From an uncultured virus (IMG/VR IMGVR_UViG_3300025313_000005) (Duplodnaviria; Heunggongvirae; Uroviricota; Caudoviricetes), in IMG/VR virus record IMGVR_UViG_3300025313_000005: a DNA stretch of 64,000 nt; one strand, given 5' to 3'. This document shows, one piece after another, positions 62,882 through 64,000 of this stretch (the stretch's first letter is position 1; every line of letters begins with the position of its first letter). A program made the position numbers and the translations under genes. The notes under the pieces were generated by a model. That model was not told where the DNA came from. It saw nothing but the letters and a program-made list of their open reading frames with translations, and did not search any database.

Positions 62882-62972
62882 AGCTTGCGAAGCAAGCTTA
62901 TAAACCCCGCACCACCTGTAACGTGAAGAAGTCAAGGGATGTTTTGTCCCTTGACTTCAAGCGGCAGGTGGT
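62882..62972. other. structured intergenic element, copy 2
   Basis: AGCTTGC-GAA-GCAAGCT hairpin; ACCACCTG...CAGGTGGT enclosing GAAGTCAAGGGA...TCCCTTGACTTC. Confidence 0.8.
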
Positions 62973-63384
62973 AGATAAAGTACTATTTAGAATTTAATGT
63001 TTCATATAAGAGATTAGCACAGTCTTCACTGCATATAAATGCTCTCATATCTTCATCATACCATTGAGTTATACTGCCACATTGCATACAATTTGTTTTC
63101 TTATTAGTTAGTATTAAATAATCTTGATAAATATTATTATCCAATTTATCACTTCTCTATAATGATCTATAAAAAATCAAAAAACTTTTGTTGTTCTGGA
63201 TTCATAAACCCCTACTCCATTTCAGATTCTAGTATCTTTCCTACTACTAACTCCACACATCCAACATGTAAAAGAGTGTACAATAAAGATAAAAGACAAA
63301 GCAATATATTCAGATATATCACGCGTACTTAGTGCTATATAAAGAAGAAGTGATATCCCTGTAATAATAATACACAATACAATA

Positions 63385-63645
63385 CTAAACATTATTAAAG
63401 TATGGACCATTACTTCGATATGCGTCTTCGGCTTGCTTATATAGTCCAAGTAATGCAAATACCACATGGTAAGGCGTACAAATAGAATTTGTTGGAATAT
63501 GGTTTTCTGTGTTAATAATACTTATATTATTTATTTTAATTTTTTTAAAACGATTAAAATCTTGCATGAACAATACGGACACTTCAAGTTCACTATTACT
63601 CCAGCAGTAAACAGTTTTTTTATGATTCATAGTATACCAATTCAA
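63385..63645 (-). CDS. C-terminal-box family protein
   Basis: contains CTPYHVVFALLGL near the C-terminus. Confidence 0.55.
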   Translation of the reverse strand: MNWYTMNHKKTVYCWSNSELEVSVLFMQDFNRFKKIKINNISIINTENHIPTNSICTPYHVVFALLGLYKQAEDAYRSNGPYFNNV

Positions 63646-64000
63646 AGAGAGCTGTTGGTTTATTTTGGTCCATTAGAATCCACTTGTTTGATAAAAGATT
63701 TAGCTACAGCAGTAATAATCACACCTATTATACAACAAGCAACTACTATCATGACTAGAGGGAGAGATATAAAACATAAGGTAGCTATAGCAAGAAATAG
63801 TATACCGTAGCCTACTACTTGAGCGGCTTGTGTGTGATAAAGAGCTGCTGCTACTACTCCTAATATAATTAATATTAGTAACATTGTAAACATATCATTC
63901 CTCCTTGATGTCACCTATAAGTTTGCTTAAAATTTTATTTACTTTACTTTCTCCAATGCTATTAATTTGTTGCTCAAGACAATTTAACAAACCAGACTTA

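Noticed and set aside
4754..63810. Many short + strand ORFs overlapping minus-strand genes
   Set aside because: They lack RBSs or motifs and lie antisense to well-supported genes; treated as shadows, except 53399..53629
1..64000. Alternative genetic code (stop-codon reassignment)
   Set aside because: Long conserved genes (dnaE, nrdJ, uvrD, recA) are intact in code 11, and TAA, TAG and TGA all end genes at expected positions
1..64000. CRISPR array, tRNA genes, integrase or diversity-generating retroelement
   Set aside because: No regularly spaced repeats, cloverleaf with T-loop consensus, recombinase, reverse transcriptase or TR/VR pair recognised by eye; a tRNAscan run would be needed to exclude tRNAs fully

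Overview
This 64 kb AT-rich window is a segment of a large tailed dsDNA bacteriophage genome, read with the standard genetic code. Bases 1-4187 (+ strand) hold the end of a virion/tail module of Gly/Thr-rich proteins. They converge on a ~60 kb minus-strand block of replication, nucleotide-metabolism, host-takeover and hypothetical genes. That block includes ThyX, a lytic transglycosylase, HU, a Dam-type methylase, a nucleoside deoxyribosyltransferase, a resolvase, dUTPase, family-4 UDG, RecA/UvsX, SSB, an AsnRS-like catalytic domain, a GGQ release-factor homologue, an RNA ligase, a class II RNR, UvrD, ClpP, peptide deformylase, a dNMP kinase, HNH, DnaE, an AAA ATPase, a Rad52-like annealase, a MoxR/VWA pair and an RsbW-like protein. 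Four observations stand out. (1) A complete phage-encoded ubiquitin-like operon, Ubl-E2-E1-JAB, at 48067-50710. (2) A dispersed family of at least 16 small proteins with unrelated N-termini and a shared C-terminal box (TPxxhxRhLLGI), plus about 7 orphan copies of the box. These may be modular adaptors for the phage's own conjugation or proteolysis machinery. (3) A twice-occurring, covarying structured leader element containing a GCGAAGC mini-hairpin (57621-57716 and 62882-62972). (4) Two genes frameshifted by short perfect tandem duplications. No tRNA, rRNA, CRISPR array, integrase or intein was recognised. All calls come from motif recognition by eye; no searches were run.
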